Shown here in pieces: positions 52,988 to 62,855 of a stretch of DNA of 64,000 bases. The stretch is from contig CAZAFN010000002.1 of the NCBI GenBank assembly GCA_964484795.1, positions 8,352 to 72,351 of the forward strand. The letters run 5' to 3'. Position numbers and translations under genes: made by a program. Position 1 is the stretch's first letter. The number at the start of each line of letters is the position of its first letter. The DNA comes from an uncultured Alphaproteobacteria bacterium. Its GTDB lineage: Bacteria > Pseudomonadota > Alphaproteobacteria > Methylaequorales > Methylaequoraceae. The notes below the pieces were generated by a model, which was not told the DNA's origin, did not search any database, and saw nothing but the letters and a program-made list of their open reading frames with translations.

Positions 52988-53836
52988 CTATTTTTTTTTC
53001 CAAAAATAAACAAGCCCTACTGCAGAAATATTATGCCACAAACTAAAAATAGCGGAAGGTAGGGCAGAAATTTTGCTAAAATGAATTAACGCTAATGCCA
53101 TTCCAAAACCAGAATTTTGCATTCCAACTTCAATTGAAATGGTTTTTTTTACATCTACTGGATATCCAAACATAGATGAGATGAAATACCCTAAAAACAA
53201 ACCTAATGCATTATGAAAGATGACACCAAAAATTACATTTGATGAAATGCTTATAAAGTTTTCAAAATTTAAAGAAAAAATAATTGCAATTATGAAAGCA
53301 ATTATTATTTCTGAAATTTTGGGGAAACAGTTAAGTAATTCCTTTTTGTCCTTTTGCATAAAGCTTTTAATTAGAAGACCTAAAACGACGGGAAAAAAAA
53401 CAATCAAAAAAGTTGACTTCATTAATTTGAAGAAATCAACTTCAATGTTTTCATTAGCCAAAACCAAAATTAAAAAAGGAGTTATTATTACTGCCAGGAG
53501 AGTCGATACCAAGGTGCACATTACTGAAAGTGCTACATTTCCATTGCAAAGATAGGTTATAACATTGGAAGCTGTGCCACCCGGACATGATCCAAGTATT
53601 ATAAAACCAAGTGCCAGTTCAAAATCAATGTTTAATAACTTTATAAGAAAAAATGCAATTAATGGCATTATTGTAAACTGAAGAACAACTGTAATGACAA
53701 TCCAAATTGGTTGAGATAGGACTCTTTTAATATCTTTGAAATCTATCGTCATTCCCATTCCAAACATTACAAGGCCAAGAAAAAGCGGAATGTAATCCTT
53801 GAAAAAAGAGAAAAAACTAGAAAATGTAAAACTCAA
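52988..53836 (-). CDS. bile acid:sodium symporter (BASS) family transporter
   Basis: GSCPGGTASNV signature; about 9 TM segments. Confidence 0.7.
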   Translation of the reverse strand: MSFTFSSFFSFFKDYIPLFLGLVMFGMGMTIDFKDIKRVLSQPIWIVITVVLQFTIMPLIAFFLIKLLNIDFELALGFIILGSCPGGTASNVITYLCNGNVALSVMCTLVSTLLAVIITPFLILVLANENIEVDFFKLMKSTFLIVFFPVVLGLLIKSFMQKDKKELLNCFPKISEIIIAFIIAIIFSLNFENFISISSNVIFGVIFHNALGLFLGYFISSMFGYPVDVKKTISIEVGMQNSGFGMALALIHFSKISALPSAIFSLWHNISAVGLVYFWKKK

Positions 53837-53900
53837 TAATAAAAAAAGGGATATATAAAAAAGAAATCCAAATCGAAAAATCCAGTTCGTATTAAGAAAA

Positions 53901-54338
53901 TTACTGATCGTAATCTCTCAACATTTTTTTTATTTCGATACCATGTATTTCCTCAGTTTTAATCATCTCTCTAGCATATTCTTCAATATAAACACTTTCA
54001 TTTTCAGAATAAGATAAAAGCTCTTTATATAAAGATATTGCTTTTTCTTCATGAGAAAGACTTTCTACTAAAAGGTCCTTAACCGAATGTTTGTTTGTCT
54101 CTTCAATCTCAGGAATCGCTTGCGAAGGATGACCACCCAATCCTGTCAACAATTCACCAGCTTGTTGTGCATGCTCAAGTGATTCAGATGCCTGCGCTTT
54201 AAAAAATTTGTCCAAAAACAATCTATTGGGCCCCGTAACCATCAAAGCAAAATGAGTGTATTTCACTACACCCGCCAATTCATATTTGAGTATATCATTC
54301 AGTATTGATACAGCCTTATCTACATTTAAACCCGTCAT
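53901..54338 (-). CDS. ferritin-like / bacterioferritin-family protein (putative)
   Basis: Four-helix-bundle pattern with Glu/His ligand spacing (…ELAGVVKY…ESLEHAQQ…EEKAISLY…EEIHGIE). Confidence 0.45.
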   Translation of the reverse strand: MTGLNVDKAVSILNDILKYELAGVVKYTHFALMVTGPNRLFLDKFFKAQASESLEHAQQAGELLTGLGGHPSQAIPEIEETNKHSVKDLLVESLSHEEKAISLYKELLSYSENESVYIEEYAREMIKTEEIHGIEIKKMLRDYDQ

Positions 54339-54437
54339 TATTCCTCCACAAAAAAATTAATTACATCATTATCCAAAAAACCAGAATCCAATGCTACAAA
54401 AAAAAATTAAAAAACTTCATTTCAAGAGTTCTTCCAC

Positions 54438-54453
54438 TGGCACAGTGTTTGCA
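54438..54453 (+). promoter_or_regulatory. sigma-54 (RpoN) -24/-12 promoter upstream of flgG
   Basis: TGGCACagtgtTTGCA is an exact match to TGGCAC-N5-TTGCW. The -12 element ends 38 nt before the flgG ATG, which has an AGAGGA RBS. Confidence 0.6.
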
Positions 54454-54491
54454 GAAAAAACATTAAACCTAGCTAAGAAAGAGGATTAAAA

Positions 54492-55280
54492 ATGAGTACT
54501 AATGCAATGCACGTTGCTAAAACCGGATTAAATGCGCAACAAGTTCGAATGCAAATAATTTCAAACAATCTTGCAAACGTTAACACAAATGGATTTAAGA
54601 GAGATCGAGCAAATTTTGAATCATTACTTTATCAAATAATAAGAAGTAGTGGTGCCCAAACTTCAGTAGACACCGAATTAACTTCAGGTTTTTCTGTAGG
54701 TACAGGTGTGAATGTAGTTAACTCAAATAAACTTCATTCTCAAGGAAGTATAGTTTCAACCGATAATTCTCTAGACTTAGCAATTGACGGTGGAGGTTTT
54801 TTCCAAGTTTTACTTCCTGATGGTCAGATTGTGTATACAAGAAATGGAGCTTTTGCCAGAAATAACGAAGGAATATTGACAACTAACAGTGGTTTTATAA
54901 TTCAACCAGAAACTGCAATACCTGCAGAAGCAACTAAAATTAATGTTTCAGCAGACGGCATAGTTTCCGTTCAAGTTCCTGAACAGGTTGAAGCACAGGA
55001 AATTGGACAGCTTCAATTGGCAGACTTTCAAAATAGGACCGGTCTTCAACCAATTGGAGAAAACTTTTATGTAGAAACCACGGCAAGTGGGGCTCCAGTA
55101 TTAGAAAACCCTTTTGCAGCCGGGTTTGGTAAAATAGTCCAAGGTGCTTTAGAGAGTTCTAACGTAAATGTTGTTCAAGAATTAGTAGATATGATTGAAA
55201 CTCAAAGAGCTTACGAGGTTAATTCCAAGGCAATAACTTCCGTGGATGAAATGTTAAGATTTGTTAGCAACAACTTGTAG
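54492..55280 (+). CDS. flgG: flagellar basal-body distal rod protein FlgG
   Basis: MHVAKTGLNAQQVRMQIISNNLANVNTNGFKRDRANFESLLYQ is near-consensus; C-terminal rod motif (IETQRAYEVNSKAI). Confidence 0.9.
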   Translation: MSTNAMHVAKTGLNAQQVRMQIISNNLANVNTNGFKRDRANFESLLYQIIRSSGAQTSVDTELTSGFSVGTGVNVVNSNKLHSQGSIVSTDNSLDLAIDGGGFFQVLLPDGQIVYTRNGAFARNNEGILTTNSGFIIQPETAIPAEATKINVSADGIVSVQVPEQVEAQEIGQLQLADFQNRTGLQPIGENFYVETTASGAPVLENPFAAGFGKIVQGALESSNVNVVQELVDMIETQRAYEVNSKAITSVDEMLRFVSNNL

Positions 55281-55288
55281 GGTTTAAA

Positions 55289-55981
55289 ATGAGATTTTTA
55301 CTTTTATCAATGATCCTACTTTTGAGTAGTTGTTCACACTATATGGAGAATAAAATTGGCGAAGAATTTAAAAGTATTCAACCTGATTTTACCAATATAG
55401 AAACGACTCAAACATCTACAGAAGGTGCTGTTTACGAAGGTAGCGGTGGGCTGTTTGCATCAGACAGAAGAGCAAACAATATTGGTGACATAATCACCAT
55501 TACTTTAGAAGAATCTTTGACTGCAGCAAACTCTGGCTCTGAAACAACAACAAAATCAGATGCTTATACATTTGATCTTCCGGAAGCACTTTTTGGCCCA
55601 TCTTCCTTAATTGGAAAGTTGTTTTTTCCTGGAGGTGTCAAAGAAGACAACTTGCGAGCTGGAACTACTCAAGCATTTACTGGAAGTGGAACCGCAGCTC
55701 AAGCCAACAGTTTGGCTGGCACGATATCCGTCACGGTTGTCAGAGTATATCCTAATGGAAATTTGGAAGTTAAAGGGGAAAGAAAACTATCTTATAATAG
55801 TGGGACTGAGTACATTAGATTGGCAGGCGTAATTAGACCTGAAGACATTTCTTCCAGCAATACTGTATCATCAACAAAAGTAGCAGACGCACAAATATCT
55901 TACACTGGAGTTGGGGATATGAATGACAGTGTAACCAAAGGATGGTTGAGCAGATATTTTGCTTATGTATCACCTTTTTAG
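55289..55981 (+). CDS. flgH: flagellar L-ring lipoprotein FlgH
   Basis: Lipobox LLSSCS; FlgH core (…[12 protein letters not shown]…[19 protein letters not shown]…). Confidence 0.8.
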   Translation: MRFLLLSMILLLSSCSHYMENKIGEEFKSIQPDFTNIETTQTSTEGAVYEGSGGLFASDRRANNIGDIITITLEESLTAANSGSETTTKSDAYTFDLPEALFGPSSLIGKLFFPGGVKEDNLRAGTTQAFTGSGTAAQANSLAGTISVTVVRVYPNGNLEVKGERKLSYNSGTEYIRLAGVIRPEDISSSNTVSSTKVADAQISYTGVGDMNDSVTKGWLSRYFAYVSPF

Positions 55982-55988
55982 GTCAACT

Positions 55989-57116
55989 ATGAAAAAAAAA
56001 CACATCTATTTCTTATTTTTACTTATTTTTTGTTTTACAAGTTCTGTTGCTTATTCTGACAGAATTAAAGACATGGCTTCTCTTGCAGGAGTTAGGTCCA
56101 ATCAGCTTGTTGGCTACGGCTTGGTCATAGGCTTATCTAAGACTGGTGACGGAAGTGTTAATCTTACCAAACAAAGTATTGCTGCAATGGTTTCTCAGTT
56201 TGGCGTCATTGCCAGCACTGCAGACATAGATGCAACCAATTCAGCAAATGTTATGGTTACTGCAAACTTACCACCGTTTGCAAAACCTGGACAAACCATA
56301 GACATAACTGTTTCAACCATCGGCAAGGCTAAGTCCTTAAAGGGTGGAACATTGTTGATGACTGCTTTAAAAGGTGCAGATGGAGATGTTTATGCAATTG
56401 CTCAAGGAAATCTAGTTGTAGGTGGCCTAGGAGTTGAAGGTGCTGATGGCTCAAGTACAATTCAAGGCACTCCTACTGTCGGAAGAATTCCAGGAGGAGC
56501 AACGGTTGAAAAAATAGTTGAAAACACTTTCTTAGAAAAAGATAATGTTGTCTTAAACCTTCACCAATCAGATTTTTCACAAGCAGATAAGATAGCTGAA
56601 ACCATAAATGACACATTTGGACCAGAAGTTGCCATACCATTGGATTCAACATCCATAAAGGTGAGAACTCCAGCAGACCCATCTCAAAAAGTTTCATTTA
56701 TTGGATTGTTAGAAAACATAAATTTTGAACCAGTTAGTCCAAAGGCTAAAGTTGTCATTAACTCAAGAACTGGCACCGTAGTAATAGGAGGTGACGTAAG
56801 AATTTCACCTGCTGCAGTTGCTCATGGAAGTTTGTCAGTAAAAATTCAAGAGGATACAAAACTTCTATCAGAAGGAACAGGAACCGTTGTTGGAACATCT
56901 GCAACGGTAGCAGGAACAACTGCCACAACTACGGCAGATACTCAAATTTCAGTTGACGAACAACCAGCAAGAGCATTTGTTTTTGACCCTGGAATTGAAT
57001 TACAAACACTTGTGGATGCTTTAAATGAAACTGGAACCACTGCAACAGATATGGTTGCCATTCTTGAAGCGCTAAGAGAGGCTGGCTCCTTAAGGGCAGA
57101 GTTAATCATTATCTAA
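55989..57116 (+). CDS. flgI: flagellar P-ring protein FlgI
   Basis: Signal peptide then [26 protein letters not shown], the FlgI mature N-terminus. Start chosen at MKKKHIYF…; the track ORF starts 30 nt earlier. Confidence 0.9.
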   Translation: MKKKHIYFLFLLIFCFTSSVAYSDRIKDMASLAGVRSNQLVGYGLVIGLSKTGDGSVNLTKQSIAAMVSQFGVIASTADIDATNSANVMVTANLPPFAKPGQTIDITVSTIGKAKSLKGGTLLMTALKGADGDVYAIAQGNLVVGGLGVEGADGSSTIQGTPTVGRIPGGATVEKIVENTFLEKDNVVLNLHQSDFSQADKIAETINDTFGPEVAIPLDSTSIKVRTPADPSQKVSFIGLLENINFEPVSPKAKVVINSRTGTVVIGGDVRISPAAVAHGSLSVKIQEDTKLLSEGTGTVVGTSATVAGTTATTTADTQISVDEQPARAFVFDPGIELQTLVDALNETGTTATDMVAILEALREAGSLRAELIII

Positions 57117-57127
57117 AAGGTTGAAAG

Positions 57128-57439
57128 ATGAAAAACAATTCAATTAGCAATATGAAAATGAATCTAGAAGATCATATTTCAACCATCAACACAAAAAAGA
57201 TTGGTCAAAAAAATTCGCTAGAAGAGGTCGCTCAAGAGTTTGAATCCTTATTTGTTTTTCAAATGCTTAAAAGCGCAAGAAAAGCAAAGCTAGCTGAAGG
57301 CATATTAACCAACGAAGCTTTTGATACTTATCAATCAATCCTAGATCAAGAATACGCCAAGACGATTGCAAAAAATCAAAGCTTTGGAATAGCAGAAGCA
57401 CTAATAAGACAGTTTGGCAAATATGAGGATGTTAAGTAG
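57128..57439 (+). CDS. flagellar rod-binding protein (FlgJ N-terminal-domain-like)
   Basis: Rod-binding domain pattern (AQEFESLFVFQMLKSARKA…); the stop overlaps the flgK GTG start (TAGTG). Confidence 0.6.
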   Translation: MKNNSISNMKMNLEDHISTINTKKIGQKNSLEEVAQEFESLFVFQMLKSARKAKLAEGILTNEAFDTYQSILDQEYAKTIAKNQSFGIAEALIRQFGKYEDVK

Positions 57440-60400
57440 TGCCAAGTTTATTTGACATAGGAAAAAGTGGTCTTCAATCTTACAGGCAATCTTTAGCTGT
57501 AACTGGTCAGAACATTGCAAACATAAATACTGATGGATACAAAAAAAGAGAAGCGGCTCTTGAAGAAGTATCTGGTGGTGGTGGTGGTGTAACGGAAATT
57601 TCTGATCAAACGGGGTTAGGAGTTAGAGTTGGTGAAATTAGACGTGCATTTGATCAATTCTTGGTTGATAAGGCTAGACAGACATCTTCCATATATAAAA
57701 AGGCCGACACATATCTTGATGAAGTTAAAGATTTAGAAAACCTTTTATTACCTAGTGACTCAAACTTAAGCACTTCAATCGGAGATTTTTTTAATTCATT
57801 ACAAGAAATTGCAGCTGCTCCAGATGATCAAGCTCCAAGAATAATCGCCGTTGAAAAAGGGAAGGATCTTGCTGGTCAATTCAATCTATATTCAGATAGA
57901 ATTGAAAGTTTGAAAAAAAAAATAGTTGATAAATCAAAAAACTCGGTAACCTCAATTAATCTTCTGTCAACACAAATTAACAGTATAAATGGAAAATTGT
58001 TGGCATCAAGTTCAGGTAGTGGTGCAAATGCGCTCCTTGATCAAAGGGACATTCTAATAGATCAACTTTCAGAAGTTTCTCAGATAACTGTTTCTTACGG
58101 AAGCAAAGGTGAAGCTGAGATTAGACTTGGTAACACAGGTTCAGGACCAATAATTGTTGAAGCAGATTCATCATCTTCAAAAGGAAACAATTCTACTACT
58201 AATGTTGATGTTATTATTCAAGGTTCAAGATTGCAAACTGTTGTGGGGATAACTAAAACTGCCACCAATCAAGTGCAAGCTGGAATTCTAGCTGGTTTAG
58301 TCGATTCATATGCTTTGGCAAATGACACAATGAATGAGGTTGACGCCCTGGCAGTGATGATCTCCAAAAAATTCAATGAAATCAATATGTCAGGAATTAA
58401 TCTAGATGGAAAAAATGGAAAACAAATGTTCTCTGTTTCAAGTCTTGAGGCCGTAGAAAACCCAACTAATAGATCAAGTGTAGGTGTGGCCCTTTTTGTA
58501 ACTGATCCAGAAAAAATCCAAGAAAGTGCGTATAACGTTATCTTTCATGAAAAAACCGGTGAATGGAATTTAACTTCAGAAAAAATCAAAACTGCAATAA
58601 CAGGAACTGAAACAATTGAAGCTCCAGGATTCAGAATTTCATTTTTTGGTCAACCACTCGATGGAGATGAATTTAACATCACTCCTACTAGTGCATCCAA
58701 AGGAATGAATTTTCTTCTAGAGAGACCTCAAGATTTTGCTGCCGCCTCTACTTCCATGATTAGCTCAAGTTCAACCAACTTAGGGTCAGCAAAACTAGAT
58801 GAAATTTCACCAATTAAAGAAAAAGATAAAACTACATTGTTGAATTTGAATTCTGTTTTTTCAAATGGTCTTAGTCCAGTCACAGCAGGAGAGTTTACGT
58901 CTGATGGAGGAGCAGCCATCATTCCAACAGGAACTTCATTTGTAAACTTAAGTTCATACAAATCTCAACCACAGATAAAATTTGGCTTATCAGCATCTGA
59001 CATCCCAAAACTTACAAGTTTTACGGTCACATTGTCTGATTCAAGTACTGTGACAGTAGATTTAACCGGAGTAACTTCAATCCAGGAAGCTGCAGATGTA
59101 CTTAACAGGAGTAGAGACGTTCAAGGAAATTCTCACAATTTTAGATCAAAAGGGCTTTTTGCTTCAGGAGGTGGATCAACTTTGACTGTAGCAAGCAATA
59201 ACCTTACTTTTTCTTCTGGATCTTTAACCGCTGGAACTGCTATTAATGGTGTTGCAAACAATCCATCAATAACAGCAGCAAGCCAAGTTCAAATTTTCAC
59301 TAGAGAAGGAAGACATTTAGCTGGCACGGTTCTTACAACATCTGAAATAGCAAAATATTTGTCAGAGGAAAATGGTTTCTCAAAACATGCTGAATATAGA
59401 GCTGACTATCTCAATGGAACCGGAAGCGAAAATTATAGAGACATTGACATCTCAAGATCAACAATATCCGGAAACCACACTATAAGTTACGGTGCCAATG
59501 GTACGGCAGCGAGTGCACAAAGAGCCGCATCAACCGTTCCTTCAAGCCATGTTTCTTCAGCTTTTACATTGACCTTAAATTCAACAACCACGGGAAAGTC
59601 TGAAAACATTAGCGTCCCTGTAGAATCTTCATCTGGTTATGTTGCAGGATTGATAAATGCCAATACAAAAAGTCTAGGTTTAGAAGCATCAGCAAACACA
59701 AGAGTTAAAATCCCTGCACCAGCTTTTGATGGAACAATATCTTTTACACTTAAAAGCAAACAAGGGGTTGATAATAGTGCAGCAATTAGTGCTTCGATAT
59801 TAACGAATGATTTGACAAACCTTGCGACTACAATAAATAACTATTCCGGAAGAACAGGTGTTATTTCTCACTTGTCCAGTGACAAAAAACATATAATTCT
59901 TGAAAATAGTAATGGAGACGACATTCAAATAAGTTCTTTCTCAAGTTCCAACACGGCAAACAATCTAACAATCAACACTACAAGTTTGGGTTCCAGTGCC
60001 TCAGCAACCATATCAAAAAATGGACATGGACTTGAAACTGGTGACAAGGTTATTTACACCGCTGGTGGAACTCAATTAGGCAACCTTACAAATGGTGGAA
60101 CATATTATGTAATAAAGGTAAATGACAACAGTTTCAAGGTTGCGTCATCAAGCAGCAATGCTTATGGAGGGACGGCAATTACCGTTGGTGGTAGTGGTGG
60201 AAACGCAAATGACAAATTTACAATACCAATGAGTCTGGAAATTCTTAAGAATGACTTCAATGGGTTTTCCAGTGCTCAATCAATTGATTTAGATGGCAAC
60301 AGCTATAAAGCTGGAAGATTTAGTGGAGAACTGCATATTGAATCATCTTCAGCATTTACTACATCTAATGATGGTGGATCCACAACAGTCTCAAGTTCAC

Positions 60401-62847
60401 AAAATTCTCTAAAAGATGGATTTATGAGTGTAACCTCATCTTCTACGGGAGAAACAAAAACAGTTAGTCCACTTGTTTTGGATGCTGACTTCTCATCTGG
60501 ACATCCAGACGGAGTTAATTCTGCAAGTTCCGTATTAAGTTATGGGCTAACATTAGCTGCAAGCGGAACGGGAAGTGCTTTTACTACAACCGTAGATGTT
60601 TCAAAAAACGATAAATTAAGTACGGCAGAGGTATCCAAGAAAATTGCCGAAGGATTGAGAGCTAATAGCCCTTCAACTGAAATGACAGGCACTTCGGTTG
60701 CATCAATTCCTGCAGATGGTTCAAGTTTTAAAGTAGATCATGATGGCTTAACCTACACCTTAACAATGGAAAATGGTGAAGTAATTGTTTCAGGTGGAGA
60801 AAAGGATCTTTTAACGGCTTATTTTGATGACCCAGACGCAATCACAGTTAACACCACATCACTCAATGGAGCCACAACGATAACTTCTAATGAACACGAT
60901 CTCGAAACTGGAGATGCCATTGTTTACAATGCTGCCGAAAAAGTTAATGTTGATACCACTAATTTTACTTCAGTAACCACCATAACTGCAAAAAACCATG
61001 GTTTTGCTACTCAGGACCCCATAATTTATAAAGCTGGGGGATCTATGCCAATTTCAGGTTTAACGGATGGAACCACTTATTACGCAATTAGAGTTAATGA
61101 TGATAGTTTTAAATTAGCAACCTCTTCAGTAAACGCTGGTTCTGGTACGGCTATAACAATAGCAGGAGGAATAGGTGGGAGTGTTTCTGACAAATTTTCC
61201 AGTCCACGAGCAGGCTTGTTAGACGGAGAAACTTATTATGTCGTAAAAACTGATGATCACAATTTTAGGTTGGCTCAAACATATACTCTTGCAACAAATG
61301 CTAGTCCTTCCGTAATTACAATTGGAACTGGAAACGTTGGTGGTAACAGTGCAGACACATTTGACCCTGGAAAAAGATTATACATTTCCGCTGGAAAAAC
61401 CATATCTGGATCTCAGTTTTCATTTCCAACGGACAGCTCAAACGACACCAATTCATTAGACTTTGGAATGGATAAAACCAACGTAGAAACATCTATCACA
61501 GGTAGTGAAATCACTACTCCAACATATACAAAAGGCGGCTCTCCAACGGTCACACAGACTCATTTTCACTTTACATTTGGGCGCGAACAGCCATATTGTG
61601 TAGCTTATACGGACAATACAAAAACTGTAAACACAACGTCAGCAGTTTCTTCAAGTGAAATAACCTCTAGTTCTCACGGTTTCAAAACGGGAGACAAGAT
61701 TGAATATAATAAGGCAGGAACCGTATTGAATGGTCTTACAGATAACACCTCATATTTTGCCGTTGTCACTGGTCCAAACACCTTCAAACTTGCAAGCACT
61801 TGGGCAAATGCAACAGCAGAAACTCCGACCACAATGTCAATTGGAGGAAGTGGTGGAAATGCAGGTGATACATTTACAAGCATAGTTGCAGGCATTTATA
61901 ATGATGATTTTCCAGGTGGAACGGCATTAACAAATCTTGGAATTTCTATGGAGTTGACTCAATCAAGTGACACTAAAGCACAATTATCATTTGTTAAGGA
62001 AGCCGACAAAAATCAGATTGTCATAAGCAATGCTAAATATGATTATTTGGCTACAACTAGTGATAGAGAAGCTGAAAATTTTGGCTTTAAAACAAATCAA
62101 ATGAACGTAAATGTAATAAATGATGATATAAAAATTCAGTCATTTACGTCAGATTCTCGAGGGGCAAAGGCAGTTGATCTAGAAATTCCTTCTAATAGTA
62201 TTAAATCTTTAGTTGGAAACAATTTGTCAATCAAAAATTTACCCCCTGAGGACTTGATAATGATCATGACCGGCAACGGAACAAGAAAAATTGGTTCAAG
62301 TTATGGGGAAGTTCTTCCACCCCCTCCTCCATCTGAATATAAGGTAGTAGTTGACTCAACTAACAACAAAAAAATTGAGATTTTTGATGCATCAACCAAT
62401 CATTCAATTGCGTCAAGATTGATTCCTGACAATGGAATAATCTCTGCAGTGGACAAATCTCTAAGATTTACTGGAGAAACATCCACAAAAGACATTTTCA
62501 ACATTACAAATAATACTGAGGGAATTGGAGACAACAGAAACATTTTAAAAATGATTGACTTGCAAGAGTCAGATGTGAATGGTTTAAATTCTGGAAGTTT
62601 CCAGGATATTTTTAATCAAACTGTTGCAGAAATTGGTTCGACGGTGAGAAGTGGGCAATTAACCCTTCAAGATGCCGAATCAACAAAAAATGAAGCAAAG
62701 GCAGCTGAAGATGAAATGGCTGGTGTATCATTAGATGAAGAAGCATCGTCTCTAATTCAATTTCAACAAGCTTTCTCAGCAAATGCTAGAATCATTCAAA
62801 CTGCTCGAGAGCTATTCCAGTCATTGATGATGGTTGTTTCCAAATAG
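57439..62847 (+). CDS. flgK: giant flagellar hook-associated protein 1 (FlgK), 1802 aa
   Basis: FlgK N-terminal domain (LFDIGKSGLQSYRQSLAVTGQNIANINTDGYKKREA) and C-terminal helices (VSLDEEASSLIQFQQAFSANARIIQTARELFQSL). They flank a central insert of about 1400 aa that is Ser/Thr/Gly/Asn-rich and contains internal repeats. Confidence 0.8.
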   Translation: MPSLFDIGKSGLQSYRQSLAVTGQNIANINTDGYKKREAALEEVSGGGGGVTEISDQTGLGVRVGEIRRAFDQFLVDKARQTSSIYKKADTYLDEVKDLENLLLPSDSNLSTSIGDFFNSLQEIAAAPDDQAPRIIAVEKGKDLAGQFNLYSDRIESLKKKIVDKSKNSVTSINLLSTQINSINGKLLASSSGSGANALLDQRDILIDQLSEVSQITVSYGSKGEAEIRLGNTGSGPIIVEADSSSSKGNNSTTNVDVIIQGSRLQTVVGITKTATNQVQAGILAGLVDSYALANDTMNEVDALAVMISKKFNEINMSGINLDGKNGKQMFSVSSLEAVENPTNRSSVGVALFVTDPEKIQESAYNVIFHEKTGEWNLTSEKIKTAITGTETIEAPGFRISFFGQPLDGDEFNITPTSASKGMNFLLERPQDFAAASTSMISSSSTNLGSAKLDEISPIKEKDKTTLLNLNSVFSNGLSPVTAGEFTSDGGAAIIPTGTSFVNLSSYKSQPQIKFGLSASDIPKLTSFTVTLSDSSTVTVDLTGVTSIQEAADVLNRSRDVQGNSHNFRSKGLFASGGGSTLTVASNNLTFSSGSLTAGTAINGVANNPSITAASQVQIFTREGRHLAGTVLTTSEIAKYLSEENGFSKHAEYRADYLNGTGSENYRDIDISRSTISGNHTISYGANGTAASAQRAASTVPSSHVSSAFTLTLNSTTTGKSENISVPVESSSGYVAGLINANTKSLGLEASANTRVKIPAPAFDGTISFTLKSKQGVDNSAAISASILTNDLTNLATTINNYSGRTGVISHLSSDKKHIILENSNGDDIQISSFSSSNTANNLTINTTSLGSSASATISKNGHGLETGDKVIYTAGGTQLGNLTNGGTYYVIKVNDNSFKVASSSSNAYGGTAITVGGSGGNANDKFTIPMSLEILKNDFNGFSSAQSIDLDGNSYKAGRFSGELHIESSSAFTTSNDGGSTTVSSSQNSLKDGFMSVTSSSTGETKTVSPLVLDADFSSGHPDGVNSASSVLSYGLTLAASGTGSAFTTTVDVSKNDKLSTAEVSKKIAEGLRANSPSTEMTGTSVASIPADGSSFKVDHDGLTYTLTMENGEVIVSGGEKDLLTAYFDDPDAITVNTTSLNGATTITSNEHDLETGDAIVYNAAEKVNVDTTNFTSVTTITAKNHGFATQDPIIYKAGGSMPISGLTDGTTYYAIRVNDDSFKLATSSVNAGSGTAITIAGGIGGSVSDKFSSPRAGLLDGETYYVVKTDDHNFRLAQTYTLATNASPSVITIGTGNVGGNSADTFDPGKRLYISAGKTISGSQFSFPTDSSNDTNSLDFGMDKTNVETSITGSEITTPTYTKGGSPTVTQTHFHFTFGREQPYCVAYTDNTKTVNTTSAVSSSEITSSSHGFKTGDKIEYNKAGTVLNGLTDNTSYFAVVTGPNTFKLASTWANATAETPTTMSIGGSGGNAGDTFTSIVAGIYNDDFPGGTALTNLGISMELTQSSDTKAQLSFVKEADKNQIVISNAKYDYLATTSDREAENFGFKTNQMNVNVINDDIKIQSFTSDSRGAKAVDLEIPSNSIKSLVGNNLSIKNLPPEDLIMIMTGNGTRKIGSSYGEVLPPPPPSEYKVVVDSTNNKKIEIFDASTNHSIASRLIPDNGIISAVDKSLRFTGETSTKDIFNITNNTEGIGDNRNILKMIDLQESDVNGLNSGSFQDIFNQTVAEIGSTVRSGQLTLQDAESTKNEAKAAEDEMAGVSLDEEASSLIQFQQAFSANARIIQTARELFQSLMMVVSK
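60022..61880 (+). repeat. Degenerate ~65-aa intragenic protein repeats in the FlgK central insert (at least 3.5 copies)
   Basis: Copies at nt 60022-60228, 60995-61206, 61214-61367 (partial), 61672-61880, plus a partial copy at about 60892. They share [GS]HG[LF]xTGDxIxY…GLTDGTTYY.I.V.D.SFKLA.S…GTAIT..GG.GGN..D.F. Identity is at the amino-acid level only (about 40%). Confidence 0.5.
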
Positions 62848-62855
62848 GAGAATGC

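Noticed and set aside
60022-61880. Repetitive structure in the FlgK region that might suggest a CRISPR or DNA repeat array.
   Set aside because: The repeats are in-frame protein modules conserved only at the amino-acid level. There are no short identical direct DNA repeats with unique spacers, so this is not a CRISPR array.
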